Shown here one piece after another: positions 47,488 through 57,445 of a DNA stretch of 64,000 nucleotides. Source of the stretch: Candidatus Bathyoplasma sp. NZ (lineage in GTDB: Bacteria; Bacillota_I; Bacilli_A; MAG-NZ). The first letter of the stretch is position 1. Each line of letters opens with the position of its first letter. The notes under the pieces were generated by a model, which had not been told where the DNA came from, searched no databases, and saw only the letters and a list, made by a program, of their open reading frames with translations. The stretch covers positions 14,175 through 78,174 of the forward strand of contig JABENI010000010.1 in NCBI GenBank assembly GCA_013332095.1. Reading direction: 5' to 3'. Both the position numbers and the translations under genes were made by a program.

Positions 47488-48774
47488 ATGAAGATAAAAG
47501 TAGAAAAATTAGAAAAAAGTGAAGTTAAAATAACGGTTACTGTACCAGCGGAAACTTTTAATAAGGGTCTAGATGCAGCATTTGAAGAAGTTGTTAAAAC
47601 AGTTGAAGTTGATGGTTTTAGAAAAGGAAAAGTACCGAGAAAAACTTATGAAACTAAATTTGGGGTAGAAAGTTTATATGAAAAAGCAGTTAATTATTGT
47701 GTTAGCATTTCATACGAAGAAACTATTCAAAATGAAAATATTGAGGCAGTAGCAAAACCGATTATTGATTTTAAATATGAAGATTTAGCAAAAGATAAAG
47801 AATTTACTTATGAAGCAACGGTAGTAGTTAAACCAGAGGTAAAATTAGGGGAGTACAAAGAGTTAAAAGTTAAACTATTAGAGATTGAAGTAACCAAAGA
47901 AGATATCGAGCACCAAAAAAATATTTTATTAGCTAATGAATCTGAATTAGTCGTTAAAGAAACTGATCTTTTAGAAAAAGGTGATACGGCTATTTTTGAT
48001 TTTGAAGGATTTAAAGATGGGGAAACATTTGAAGGTGGTAAAGCCGATAACTACAGTTTGGAAATGGGAAGTGGTCAATTTATTCCTGGATTTGAAGATC
48101 AGATGTTAGGGTTAAAAGTAGGAGAAAAGAAAGAGATAAACGTTACTTTCCCTGAAACTTATCAAGTGGAAGAGTTAGCAGGAGCACCAGTAGTCTTTAA
48201 TGTTACTTTAAATGAAATTAAAGTTTCTAAAGCACCGGAAATTACTGATGAGTTTGTAGCGAAATTAGATATTGATTGCGATAAAGCAAGTGATTTAGAG
48301 GCAACGATTGAGAAAAAAATTATCCAAAGTAAAGAAGTAAATCGTAAAAATAAAAAAATTGATGACCTAGCTGAACAAGCTATTGCTAATGCAACAGTAG
48401 AAGTTCCTCAAGTAATGGTCGATGAAGAAATTGATAAAATGTTAGATTCAACTAAGCAACAAGCTAAGCAATATGGATTAGAGTTAGAAGCTTTTTTACA
48501 ATTTCAAGGAACTACTCCGGATAAATACCGTTTACAGTTAGCAGATAATGCTTTAAAAGGGGTAAAATTCCAACTAGTTTTTGAAGCAATTGCCAATAAA
48601 GAAGAAATATATCCAACAGATGAACAGTTTGAAAAAGCATATGATCAAATTGCTAAAACTTACAATGTCGAAGTGAAAAAAGTTAAAGAAGTTTATACTA
48701 ATGAAATGTTGGTTCCACAATTAAAAGTACAAACTGCTCTGGAGTTTGTAGTAGAAAATGCAATCGTAGAGTAA
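47488..48774 (+). CDS. tig: Trigger factor
   Basis: Ribosome-binding FRKGKVP motif, FKBP-type PPIase core GDTAIFDFEGFKDGETFEGG. Confidence 0.95.
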   Translation: MKIKVEKLEKSEVKITVTVPAETFNKGLDAAFEEVVKTVEVDGFRKGKVPRKTYETKFGVESLYEKAVNYCVSISYEETIQNENIEAVAKPIIDFKYEDLAKDKEFTYEATVVVKPEVKLGEYKELKVKLLEIEVTKEDIEHQKNILLANESELVVKETDLLEKGDTAIFDFEGFKDGETFEGGKADNYSLEMGSGQFIPGFEDQMLGLKVGEKKEINVTFPETYQVEELAGAPVVFNVTLNEIKVSKAPEITDEFVAKLDIDCDKASDLEATIEKKIIQSKEVNRKNKKIDDLAEQAIANATVEVPQVMVDEEIDKMLDSTKQQAKQYGLELEAFLQFQGTTPDKYRLQLADNALKGVKFQLVFEAIANKEEIYPTDEQFEKAYDQIAKTYNVEVKKVKEVYTNEMLVPQLKVQTALEFVVENAIVE

Positions 48775-48789
48775 AGACAAAATATTTGA

Positions 48790-48823
48790 ATACCATATTT
48801 TTGAAAATATGGTATTTTTTTTA
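48790..48823 (+). terminator. Rho-independent terminator
   Basis: ATACCATATTTT/AAAATATGGTAT palindrome plus T-run. Confidence 0.7.
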
Positions 48824-48891
48824 TTTAATAAAATAAAAGATTATAATTTTATCTAAAATATGGTAATATTGAGATAAGAAAAGGTGAATTT

Positions 48892-49383
48892 ATGAAATAT
48901 GATGTTTATCAAGACAAAAATTATTCTTCAAGTGAGATAAAAAGAAGAATAACAGCAAGAGGATTTATCAGAAAAGAGGATAAATTTTTAGTAGTTTATC
49001 TGAAAAATATAAATATTTACAATATTCCTGGAGGTGGACTTGAAGAGGGCGAGTCGCTTAGTGAATGTTTAAAAAGAGAAATGTTAGAAGAAACAGGTAT
49101 CGTTATCAAAGAAGTGAAAAAAGTTGCCCAAGTAAATATTTGTTTTAGAACTTCCCTTATTTACGAGCATAACTTTTATTTGTGTGAAGTTGTCGAAGAG
49201 ACAAATGAATTTGATTTTACAGTAGAGGAACAAAACCATGGAATGGTATCGTTATGGCTAACGTACGATCAACTTATTGAAATTTTTAACAATCACGAAA
49301 GTGATTATAAATTTTGGCCAGAAACTCAAAGAAGAGATTTAATAGCCATTTTAGAACTTAAAAAACATCTAAAAAAAAATTAA
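48892..49383 (+). CDS. Nudix hydrolase
   Basis: Nudix box GGGLEEGESLSECLKREMLEETG. Confidence 0.85.
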   Translation: MKYDVYQDKNYSSSEIKRRITARGFIRKEDKFLVVYLKNINIYNIPGGGLEEGESLSECLKREMLEETGIVIKEVKKVAQVNICFRTSLIYEHNFYLCEVVEETNEFDFTVEEQNHGMVSLWLTYDQLIEIFNNHESDYKFWPETQRRDLIAILELKKHLKKN

Positions 49384-49597
49384 TGGCAATTCAGAACATT
49401 GAAAATAATAATTTAAGAAAATAAAAATACTAAAACTATTTGATTTTTTGATAACGTAAATTCAAAAAGGCAGACTAAGTTTTGCTCTTTAAAAGGAAAT
49501 TTTTGCATTGTAAGTTAATATTAAAAAATATATGATACAGTAAAACCAGTAAAAAAATTAAAAATGATATTAAAATATAAATATTCAAGGGGGCATT

Positions 49598-50110
49598 ATG
49601 TTTAAATTTGTTTCGAAAAATAAGGCACTAAAAGAAAAATTGAGAGTAGTAGAAAAGAGAACATACGATTATCTTTTAACTACTGATAGTAAATATTGTG
49701 AAGCAGGAAAAATAAATATTGTGTTTGATGAAGAGATGATTGATACGGTGAATAAGATGCTTGACTTGATTGTCGCTGGAGAAGATTTTTATCTGCATGG
49801 ATACAATCAAAATGGCCAAAGAAGAGTAATGGCTAAAAATGTTTTTTATATCGAAAGCATTTCGGAAGAAGTTTATTTTGTTATTCCCAATGACAAACTG
49901 CTGGTTAGACATAAATTATATGAATTAGAAGAGGAATTGAAAAATCACAATTTTATTAGAATCAGCAAATCACATTTAGTGAATATTCGAAAAATTTTAT
50001 ATATAAAGCCGATGATAAATTCTAAAATTAAAATTGAACTCGTTAACGGAGAATTTTTAGAAGTTAACAGGACTTACATCAAAGAATTTAAACAAAGTCT
50101 AAAAATTTAG
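49598..50110 (+). CDS. Stand-alone LytTR-domain transcriptional regulator (no receiver domain)
   Basis: C-terminal LytTR pattern: YIESISEEVYFV...FIRISKSHLVNIRKI...VNRTYIKEFKQ; 170 aa. Confidence 0.8.
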   Translation: MFKFVSKNKALKEKLRVVEKRTYDYLLTTDSKYCEAGKINIVFDEEMIDTVNKMLDLIVAGEDFYLHGYNQNGQRRVMAKNVFYIESISEEVYFVIPNDKLLVRHKLYELEEELKNHNFIRISKSHLVNIRKILYIKPMINSKIKIELVNGEFLEVNRTYIKEFKQSLKI

Positions 50111-50121
50111 GAAACTTTATT

Positions 50122-50235
50122 ATGTCAATGATGATATCAAAAATCGCATTAATCTTTATATCTGTTTTAGTTCTGATAAGATGGATTTTAGAAATTAGAA
50201 TAAATGATGCTTTAGAAAAAAAATTTAAGAATTAA
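50122..50235 (+). CDS. 37-aa single-TM peptide, equal to the N-terminal anchor of the beta-propeller protein with the rest deleted
   Basis: MSMMISKIALIFISVLVLIRWILEIRINDALEKKFKN matches aa 1-34 of the 54257 product. The 3' flank TTAGAATTATAAAAAGGGA matches the end of that gene. Weak RBS (AGGAAA). Confidence 0.5.
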   Translation: MSMMISKIALIFISVLVLIRWILEIRINDALEKKFKN

Positions 50236-50263
50236 AAAAAAAAAATATTTAGTTTAGAATTAT

Positions 50264-50287
50264 AAAAAGGGAGAAATCCCTTTTTTT
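50264..50287 (+). terminator. Rho-independent terminator (copy of 56302-56327)
   Basis: AAAAAGGGA-gaaa-TCCCTTTTT. Confidence 0.65.
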
Positions 50288-50351
50288 ACTTGTACATTTG
50301 ATAAAATATTGCTAATATTAGTAGAAATTTAATGATAAAGTTGGAGACCAT

Positions 50352-51512
50352 ATGAGAGCAAAATTAAGAGTTAATTATTTATTTTTTTATTCAGTGCTAG
50401 GGACGTACTGTTTGTTTATAAGTGTATATTTAGAGAGTAGAGGATTAACGGGTACTCAAATAGGGACAATATTAGGAACTAGTCCTTTATTTGTGATGGT
50501 GACGTTGCCATTATTTGGCTTTGTTTCAGATAAATTAAACGCTCCTAGAAAAGTAATTTTTGTGATATCTTTAGTAGCGGTTGTTTTTGCTTTAAGTATA
50601 ATGAAAGTTTCAACATTTTGGTATTTGTTTGTATTTATCATCTTGTATGAGATGTTTATGGTACCGATTTTACAATTGAGTGACAGTTTAACTTTACGAC
50701 TAAGTAAAAAATATAATTATAAATATACTAAAATTAGAGTTTTTGGCTCTTTAGGATACGTAGCAGGTGGAGTTTTATCTGGTTATTTAATTGATTTAAT
50801 GGGCTTGTCCGCTATGTTTTACTACATCGCATTATTTTTAATACTAACAGGAATTATAACACTCACATATTCTGATTTAGATGAAACACACCAGCATAAA
50901 ATAGTAAATTTAAAAAAAGAAATATCAGAAATATTTAAATGTAAGTCATTTATTTTGATAATTGGAATAACTTGTTTAACTTATGTTATCGGTGATGCTT
51001 TAATTTTGTTTAACGGTAATTTCATTTTGGAATTGGGTGGCCGAAAAGTCGATATTGGGCTTGCTGCTTTAGGTTCAGTAACATTTGAAGTAATTATTTT
51101 TACTTTTAATAAACAGATAATGCAAAAGATTGGTCCCAAAAAAATGTTGCTTATTTCAGTAGTAGCAATATTTTTGAGATTTTTTATTGGTAGTAACGCA
51201 ACTACTGTCTGGCAATTTTATATAGCAGTTAGTATGCATGGAATTGCCTTTGCCACTTGTCTACCAGTAGCTTACATGTATATTATTGAAAAAATACCTA
51301 AAAATGTTAATGCTACTGCAATAACAATAATGGTAGCTTGTCAGTCGATAGTTAGAAGCGGAGTAATTTTTCTCACAGGTTATGTTTATGAAAATTACTC
51401 TTTGAGGTTGATGTATTTAATATTATCATTTTTGACATTATTAGCAATTCCCTTAATAATGAAATTAAAGCCAATTGATGTAAAAGAACAATTAAAAATA
51501 GAAGATAAATAA
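50352..51512 (+). CDS. MFS transporter (12 TM, 386 aa)
   Basis: Hydrophobic periodicity typical of MFS; G-rich loop FGFVSDKLNAPRK between TM2 and TM3. Confidence 0.75.
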   Translation: MRAKLRVNYLFFYSVLGTYCLFISVYLESRGLTGTQIGTILGTSPLFVMVTLPLFGFVSDKLNAPRKVIFVISLVAVVFALSIMKVSTFWYLFVFIILYEMFMVPILQLSDSLTLRLSKKYNYKYTKIRVFGSLGYVAGGVLSGYLIDLMGLSAMFYYIALFLILTGIITLTYSDLDETHQHKIVNLKKEISEIFKCKSFILIIGITCLTYVIGDALILFNGNFILELGGRKVDIGLAALGSVTFEVIIFTFNKQIMQKIGPKKMLLISVVAIFLRFFIGSNATTVWQFYIAVSMHGIAFATCLPVAYMYIIEKIPKNVNATAITIMVACQSIVRSGVIFLTGYVYENYSLRLMYLILSFLTLLAIPLIMKLKPIDVKEQLKIEDK

Positions 51513-51535
51513 AAAAGATGAGATTAATATTAGTC

Positions 51536-51790
51536 TAGGGTTAACGGATAGAAAAAGTCCGTTAGCTTTTTTTATGTTCGTACATTATATTTAAAAGAGT
51601 GATTTTATCAATAGACCAAGAATGATAAAAATAAATCTTGCAGCAAAGGGAAAAAATTAAGAGTGGTAATGGTCAATATAAATTTTGAAAGATCTCAAAA
51701 AACAATAGTTAAAGAAAAAAATAACATTAGAAATTAGAATAGATGAAAATGAAAAAGTAGCAGTGGCACAATTTTAGGAGAGAAACAACT
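51536..51790 (+). repeat. Terminator-containing repeat, copy 1
   Basis: TAACGGA-loop-TCCGTTA hairpin plus T-run (51541-51573) and about 200 nt downstream. Homologous to 56830-57010 and 58786-58985. Confidence 0.7.
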
Positions 51791-51841
51791 GCTATTAATG
51801 CTAATATTAAGTTAAATAAAAAATAAAAGATAAGGAATAAA

Positions 51842-52945
51842 ATGGAAGAAATAAAAAAAGTTTTAAAAAAAACATGCTATTTATTGATGATAGTAACATT
51901 AACAATAATGACATTATTTTCACTAAAATTTGTAGAAACAGAGGTAAATGCAGCAATTATTAGTAGCGAATATAGTAAGACTCAATCCTACACAGTAGAA
52001 ATAGATAAGGGGAGAATAAAGGAAATTTTTGTCAATGGAATAAGAAAGTTTTCCAACTTATATCCAGCTAGTGATCCCGTGCTTATTGATTTAGAAGCAC
52101 CAGGAGATAACAGAGTAAAAGTGGTGACTGCTTCTAGTGGAACATTTTACAAAAATGTAATATGGGATGAAACAGCAATAAAAGTAAGTGCAGTATTTAG
52201 CACAAGAACAGCAACAAGACCTATAATAACGAGAGGAAATTGGACATCAACGAAACAGTATGTTTTTACAGCAAATAAGGCAATACTAGAATATTCACTA
52301 GATGGAGATGGTTTTATAGCAATTGACGCTCCTATTGAGAATAAATATACTGTTTCTATTGGAGATGATTTACCACATGATTTAGTGTTGAAAGATACTT
52401 ATGGTGATTTAAGTGATGCATTTCCAATTGAGGCAAAAGCAACTGGTAATGATAACCTAATGTTTTACGCTTCTCAAGGATTATTTCCATGGGACAGTGA
52501 TTCTAATTGGGAATATAGCGGAACAGGGTCAATAACTCCAAATATATTAAATGCAGATGGAACTTGTAAGAAGGAGTACGGTGAGGGAGCAGTTTGTTAT
52601 AAAATTTATGATCTTGATGTTGATGGAGAACAAGTAAAAGTGCTCCAACAGTTAGATTACAGCAATACTGTTATCCTAGAAATGAGTAGACAATTAGATG
52701 TAAATGACTATAAAAATTTATACAGATATGGTGGCTCTGTTAGAGGGAGAGTTATAGTTCCTAACGGTGATACTTATGCAGGAATAGGAAATCCTAATAC
52801 TGGTAATTATGCAGGAAATAATTATCAATTAAGACAAGTTGCATCTGTAGGATTACAATTTGAACCTGGAATCATTCCAGGTAGTAATAATTGGGGATAT
52901 TATGGTTTTGTTATTAGGAATTCAGGTTCGTATGTGATGATTTAA
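51842..52945 (+). CDS. Secreted protein (367 aa) sharing its N-terminal ~115 aa with the giant repeat protein
   Basis: MEEIKKVLKKTCYLLMIVTLTI... signal/anchor with VNAA site. NVIWDETA block is collinear with the 59553 product. Confidence 0.7.
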   Translation: MEEIKKVLKKTCYLLMIVTLTIMTLFSLKFVETEVNAAIISSEYSKTQSYTVEIDKGRIKEIFVNGIRKFSNLYPASDPVLIDLEAPGDNRVKVVTASSGTFYKNVIWDETAIKVSAVFSTRTATRPIITRGNWTSTKQYVFTANKAILEYSLDGDGFIAIDAPIENKYTVSIGDDLPHDLVLKDTYGDLSDAFPIEAKATGNDNLMFYASQGLFPWDSDSNWEYSGTGSITPNILNADGTCKKEYGEGAVCYKIYDLDVDGEQVKVLQQLDYSNTVILEMSRQLDVNDYKNLYRYGGSVRGRVIVPNGDTYAGIGNPNTGNYAGNNYQLRQVASVGLQFEPGIIPGSNNWGYYGFVIRNSGSYVMI

Positions 52946-53294
52946 CAGAAATAAGAACTGTTATAGTAGCGATTAGCACTACTGAAACTATAACTGTAGC
53001 GATTGCTTTTAAGAGCACAGAAGATTACAAAAATTAATCCAGCATTATTAGGTTTAGAAATACAAAAGTAATGTGTTTAATAAATGAATTAGAATCAACA
53101 ATAGATTCTAATTGGTTAACAGAAAGCAAAGTACGGAAATAATACCACAAAAGAAAACTCATATTTATATATTTTATTAAAAGCAGAAAATGATGTGTAT
53201 GAAATTTAACAATTAGAAAAATTAAATTCTACGAACAGATTAATGCTGTGATACTAATAAAGTTGTCTATGGAGTTAATAAAAAACCTTCAACA

Positions 53295-53657
53295 TTGGAT
53301 AAGTTAATAACTGATGAAGCAAATTATAAATTGATAGATGATGATAACTCAATTGGAGTTTATAAAAATAGGGATTATTCAATAATAAAATTTAATAATA
53401 ATTTAGAAATTTCATATCGAGATGTTGTAGTGTGTTATCAAGCAGTTGGAATATTGCTTGCAAGCACATTGAGTATTATTTCAAGTGTAAAAACTGCAAA
53501 ATTAACAAAAGGTAAAAGTTGCAGAGTAATATTAGAAGAAACAGGCATTAAAATATTATGTAGAAGTAGAAGATACAAAAGTTATAACTTCACAAACATA
53601 TTATTTAGATGTAGATGTAAATGGCAAGATATTTGTAAAAGAATAAAAAAGTTTTAA
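53295..53657 (+). pseudogene. Probable frameshifted remnant of an unknown small gene
   Basis: TTG-start ORF with an odd Cys/Arg-rich tail. An alternative frame from 53546 reads ...EVEDTKVITSQTYYLDVDVNGKIFVKE*, followed by the ATTGAT/ATCAAT hairpin. The flanks contain decayed coding-like debris. Confidence 0.3.
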
Positions 53658-53730
53658 AATTAAAAAAGGGATTGATGAAAATCAATTTCTCTTTTTATAA
53701 ATTACCCTAAATAAGACTGACATATGAGTA

Positions 53731-53835
53731 ATTTATGAAATTTTTAACAATCACCAAAGTAATTATAAGTTTTAGTTAGAAATTCAAAGAGGGATTTAAT
53801 AGGGATTTTAGAACTGAAAAAAGTTAATGTCCAGA
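53731..53835 (+). pseudogene. Remnant of the Nudix gene 3' end (start of duplication copy B)
   Basis: Aligns with 49271-49383 (GAAATTTTTAACAATCAC...). Confidence 0.65.
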
Positions 53836-54018
53836 TATAACGTTAAAAATAATAATTTAAGAAAATAAAATAACTCAAAATTATTTGATTTTTTGAGATA
53901 GTAATTCAAAAAAAGTAATTTTTTGGTTTGTAAGTTAATAGTAAAATAATGTAAGATATCTAAAAACTGGTAAAAAAATTAAAAATTGTAGTAAACTATA
54001 ATAGTAAAAGAATGTACT

Positions 54019-54245
54019 ATGTTTAAAATTGTTTCAAAAAAACAAACACTAAAAGAAAAATTGAGGGTAGTAGAACAAAGAACATAAGACGATGTTTTCA
54101 CTACTGATAGGAAATTTTGCCAAAATTGAAAAACAAGCATGATGTTCGGTGTGGTTAAATAATATCCTTGATTTGATTGTAAGTGAATGATTTAGAAGTT
54201 AATAGAATTTATGAAAAACAATTTAAATAAAGGTTTAAAATTTAG
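54019..54245 (+). pseudogene. Decayed LytTR regulator gene
   Basis: MFKIVSKKQTLKEKLRVVEQRT* aligns with the start of the 49598 gene. Early stop and large internal deletions; the last codons (..TTTAG) are retained. Confidence 0.75.
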
Positions 54246-54256
54246 GAGGTTTTATT

Positions 54257-56314
54257 ATGTCGATGACAATATTAAAAATTGTGTTAATTTTTATATCTAT
54301 TTTAGCGCTGATAAAATGGATTTTAGAAGTTAGAATAAACGATGCATTAGAAAAAAAGAAAAAAAGTTTAAGAATGAAAAATGTAAAAATGTTTAATGCT
54401 TTTAATGGTAGTTTTAAAATTGCTTTAATACCGTTGACTACTTTAACGTTAGCATTTATGATTTCTCCAGGGCTTTCCTTGCCAAAAACAAAGCTCAATA
54501 ACATCAATTCAGTAAATAATATAACTAATTTTACCGATATAGATGAAATTATTAATTTACGCAGTAACTATAATAATGACATGGACAAGAGACTAGAATT
54601 TGCTCCTCTTATGGAGAGTGATTCTGCCAATGAACAAATGACAGATGGCAATGATTCGAATAAAAAGAGTGGTGCAATAGCAGGTGATTTTACCGAGACT
54701 AACGTCCAAGTTAAAGGTGTAGATGAAATTGATAGTGTTAAAACTGATGGTGAGTATATTTATCAAGTTAGCAATAATAATCAAGAAGGGGCAAAAATTG
54801 TTATTTCAAAAGCTTATCCTGCTGAAGAATTAAGTTTACATAAAGAGATATTTTTTAACTCTAATTGTTTAGTAGAAAATCAATATTGTAATAACGAATA
54901 CATCAATGGTGTTTATGTTGATGAGCAGTATTTAGTAGTAATTTTAAATCAAAATACTTATTACAACTATTTATATCCAAATGAAGATTATAATTCCCCA
55001 ACTATAGATGAATCAGTAGAAACTAGCATAGAACCAGCAAGAGCAATAGTTGATAGTGGATTCGCCCCAACTGGTAAAATGTCTTATGGTGCTAGTAAAA
55101 GTGTTATAAAAGTATACCGTAAAGATAATTTTGAATTGGCAGATAGTTATGAATTTGAAGGGAATTTAATTGATAGCAGAAAAATAGGAGAAAACTTATT
55201 TATCGTAACAGCAAAAAATCTGGATACAAATTTAGAAAAAGGTGAAATTTTACCAACTTATAAAATAAATAGCCAAGAGCATACTCAAAATATCGCTGAT
55301 ATCTATTATCCAGAAGATTCAAATCCAAATGTTTTTACCAGTATAAATGGGATAGATCTTAAAAATAAAACCGTTGAGTCTAAAACTATTTTAAGCGGTT
55401 GGACAAAACTTTATATGTCAAACGATAACATCTATTTAGTGGAGTCAACTTATAAACAAATTGGAACAAGTTCAATAGCGATTTCTCCAATTACTAAAGT
55501 AGCTATTTCTAACGGAAACCAACTTGAAGTAGTAGCAAAAGGAGAAGTATTAGGAAACCCAATCAATCAGTTTAGTATGGATGAATACAACGGTCAATTT
55601 AGAATCGCAACGCAAGAAGGTTGGGGAGATAATATCAACAACAGACTGTTCGTTCTGAATCAAAATTTAACGATTATAAATCAATTAGAAAACTTAGGTA
55701 AAAAAGGTGAAAGTTTAAAATCAGCTAGGTTTGATCAAGATTATCTTTACTTAGTTACCTTTGAACAAACTGACCCGTTTTACGTAATTGATTTAAAAGA
55801 TGAGCCAAAAATATTAGGAGAATTAGAGATAAGCGGATTTAGTTCCTATTTACATAATTTAGACAGTGACCATATTTTAGGAATTGGTTATGAGGCAAAT
55901 GAAGATGGACGTCGTACGGGTATTAAACTAGCTATTTATGATGTTACTGATAAAGTTAATCCAACTGAAATAAGTAAAGAAACATTTCTGTACGATGAAA
56001 AAATATCAGTAGATTCTACTGTACTTCATAACCACAAAGATTTGTTGTTTAATCCTACTTTAAAAATTATTGGCTTTCCAATGAACAAGATGGTTTATGA
56101 AAATAATACTTATCAGTCCCAAACTGGATATTATCTCTATAGTTATGAAGGTTATCAATTAGAAGAAATTGGTTATATTGCAGTTTCCAATGAAGGAAAC
56201 TATTCAAATAATAGAGGATTATTTTTAGAACAACTACTTTATGTTGTTAGTGATACCAAGATAACAGTTTTTGATTATTTAACATTAGAAGAAATAATTA
56301 ATTTAGAATTATAA
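54257..56314 (+). CDS. Membrane-anchored secreted beta-propeller domain protein (685 aa)
   Basis: N-terminal TM. VKGVDEIDSVKTDGEYIY and SARFDQDYLYLVTFEQTDPFYVIDLKDEPKILGELEISGFSSYLH match the conserved blocks of the Firmicute/archaeal 'beta propeller domain' family. Confidence 0.75.
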   Translation: MSMTILKIVLIFISILALIKWILEVRINDALEKKKKSLRMKNVKMFNAFNGSFKIALIPLTTLTLAFMISPGLSLPKTKLNNINSVNNITNFTDIDEIINLRSNYNNDMDKRLEFAPLMESDSANEQMTDGNDSNKKSGAIAGDFTETNVQVKGVDEIDSVKTDGEYIYQVSNNNQEGAKIVISKAYPAEELSLHKEIFFNSNCLVENQYCNNEYINGVYVDEQYLVVILNQNTYYNYLYPNEDYNSPTIDESVETSIEPARAIVDSGFAPTGKMSYGASKSVIKVYRKDNFELADSYEFEGNLIDSRKIGENLFIVTAKNLDTNLEKGEILPTYKINSQEHTQNIADIYYPEDSNPNVFTSINGIDLKNKTVESKTILSGWTKLYMSNDNIYLVESTYKQIGTSSIAISPITKVAISNGNQLEVVAKGEVLGNPINQFSMDEYNGQFRIATQEGWGDNINNRLFVLNQNLTIINQLENLGKKGESLKSARFDQDYLYLVTFEQTDPFYVIDLKDEPKILGELEISGFSSYLHNLDSDHILGIGYEANEDGRRTGIKLAIYDVTDKVNPTEISKETFLYDEKISVDSTVLHNHKDLLFNPTLKIIGFPMNKMVYENNTYQSQTGYYLYSYEGYQLEEIGYIAVSNEGNYSNNRGLFLEQLLYVVSDTKITVFDYLTLEEIINLEL

Positions 56315-56327
56315 AAAGGGAAAAATC
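56302..56327 (+). terminator. Rho-independent terminator
   Basis: AAAAAGGGA-aaaa-TCCCTTTTT plus T-run; overlaps the stop codon region. Confidence 0.65.
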
Positions 56328-56402
56328 CCTTTTTTTTTACTTATACATTTGATAAATATTGATAGCACCAGCAACAATTTAAATATAAAGTTGGGAAACC
56401 GT

Positions 56403-56810
56403 ATGAGAACAAAATTGAGATTTAATTATTTATTATTTTATTCAATGTTAGGAGCGAGTCCTTTATTTGTCATATTATTAGTAGCGATTGCCTTTGCCTT
56501 AAGTTTAAAACACTTTCAACATTGTTTATATTTCTGATCTTTATGAGATGTTTATGATACCGATTTTATAATTAAATGGCAGTTTAATTTTAGGCTAAGT
56601 AAAAATACAATTATAAGTATACTAAAATTAGATATTTTGGCTTTTTAAAATAGTAGCAGGTGGAGTTTTATCTAGTTATTTAATCGATTTAATGAACTTG
56701 TCATTACATTCTTCCATCCTTTAACAGGAATTATAATAATATATACCCTGATTTAGATGAAACACATCAGCATAAAGTAGCAGATTTAAAAATAGAAGGC
56801 AAACAAAAAG
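56403..56810 (+). pseudogene. Decayed MFS transporter gene
   Basis: MRTKLRFNYLLFYSMLG aligns with MRAKLRVNYLFFYSVLG of the 50352 gene. The rest has deletions and stops, reduced to about 400 nt from 1161 nt. Confidence 0.75.
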
Positions 56811-56829
56811 ATATAATTAATGAGTTGAT

Positions 56830-57010
56830 GTACTGTTAACGGAAAGAAAAAGTCCGTTAACTTTTTTAATGTTTATATACTATATTTAAAAAAATGATTT
56901 TTTAAGTAGAGCAAAAGATGTAAAAATAAATCTTGGAGCAAAAAAAAATGAGGATTGTAATAGTATATAAATTTTGAAGAATCACAAAAAAACAATTGCT
57001 AAAGGAGTAG
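56830..57010 (+). repeat. Terminator-containing repeat, copy 2
   Basis: GTTAACGGA-loop-TCCGTTAAC hairpin (56833-56865) plus a homologous downstream segment. Confidence 0.7.
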
Positions 57011-57121
57011 CAGAGTCCATTATATCGCATATCAATGGATTAAAATCTAAAAAAAATTCTCTAAAAATTCCGTTATTAGAAGATGAAAATATTAAACAAA
57101 AGGTAGAAAATAGTTTTTTAA

Positions 57122-57445
57122 AAAAGAAGAAAATTATATCAATACCATACAAGAACAATGACTGATAAAACTAAAGGGATTAATACTTTAGTAAAAGAAA
57201 ATTATATCGAAATTAATAGTTGTACTGCTACTAAATATAATTTAACTGATGGAGAAATGACTACCGTAACTTCAAGAAGAGGGTCGATTAAAGTTAGAGT
57301 AAAAGTAAAAGAAATTTTACAGAACGATATTTGTTTTATGCCTTTCCATTTTGCTGAAGGAGCTAACGTACTAACCAATACAGCGGCTGATCAATACTGC
57401 GGGATACCAGAATTAAAAGTTTGTGCGATAAAATTTAATGCTTAA
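57122..57445 (+). pseudogene. C-terminal relic of a formate dehydrogenase/molybdopterin oxidoreductase alpha subunit
   Basis: LYQYHTRTMTDKTKGINTLVKENYIEIN...TSRRGSIKVRVKV...FMPFHFAEGANVLTN...IPELKVCAIKF is the molybdopterin dinucleotide-binding end domain. Homology runs upstream of the ATG at 57158 to a stop at 57119. The N-terminal several hundred residues are absent. Confidence 0.7.

Noticed and set aside
56349-56537. 62-aa ORF
   Set aside because: It is part of the decayed MFS pseudogene, read from an upstream TTG.
56974-57165. 63-aa ORF upstream of the FDH fragment
   Set aside because: It spans the junction of repeat copy 2 and decayed FDH sequence in a different frame. The product is K-rich junk with no RBS.
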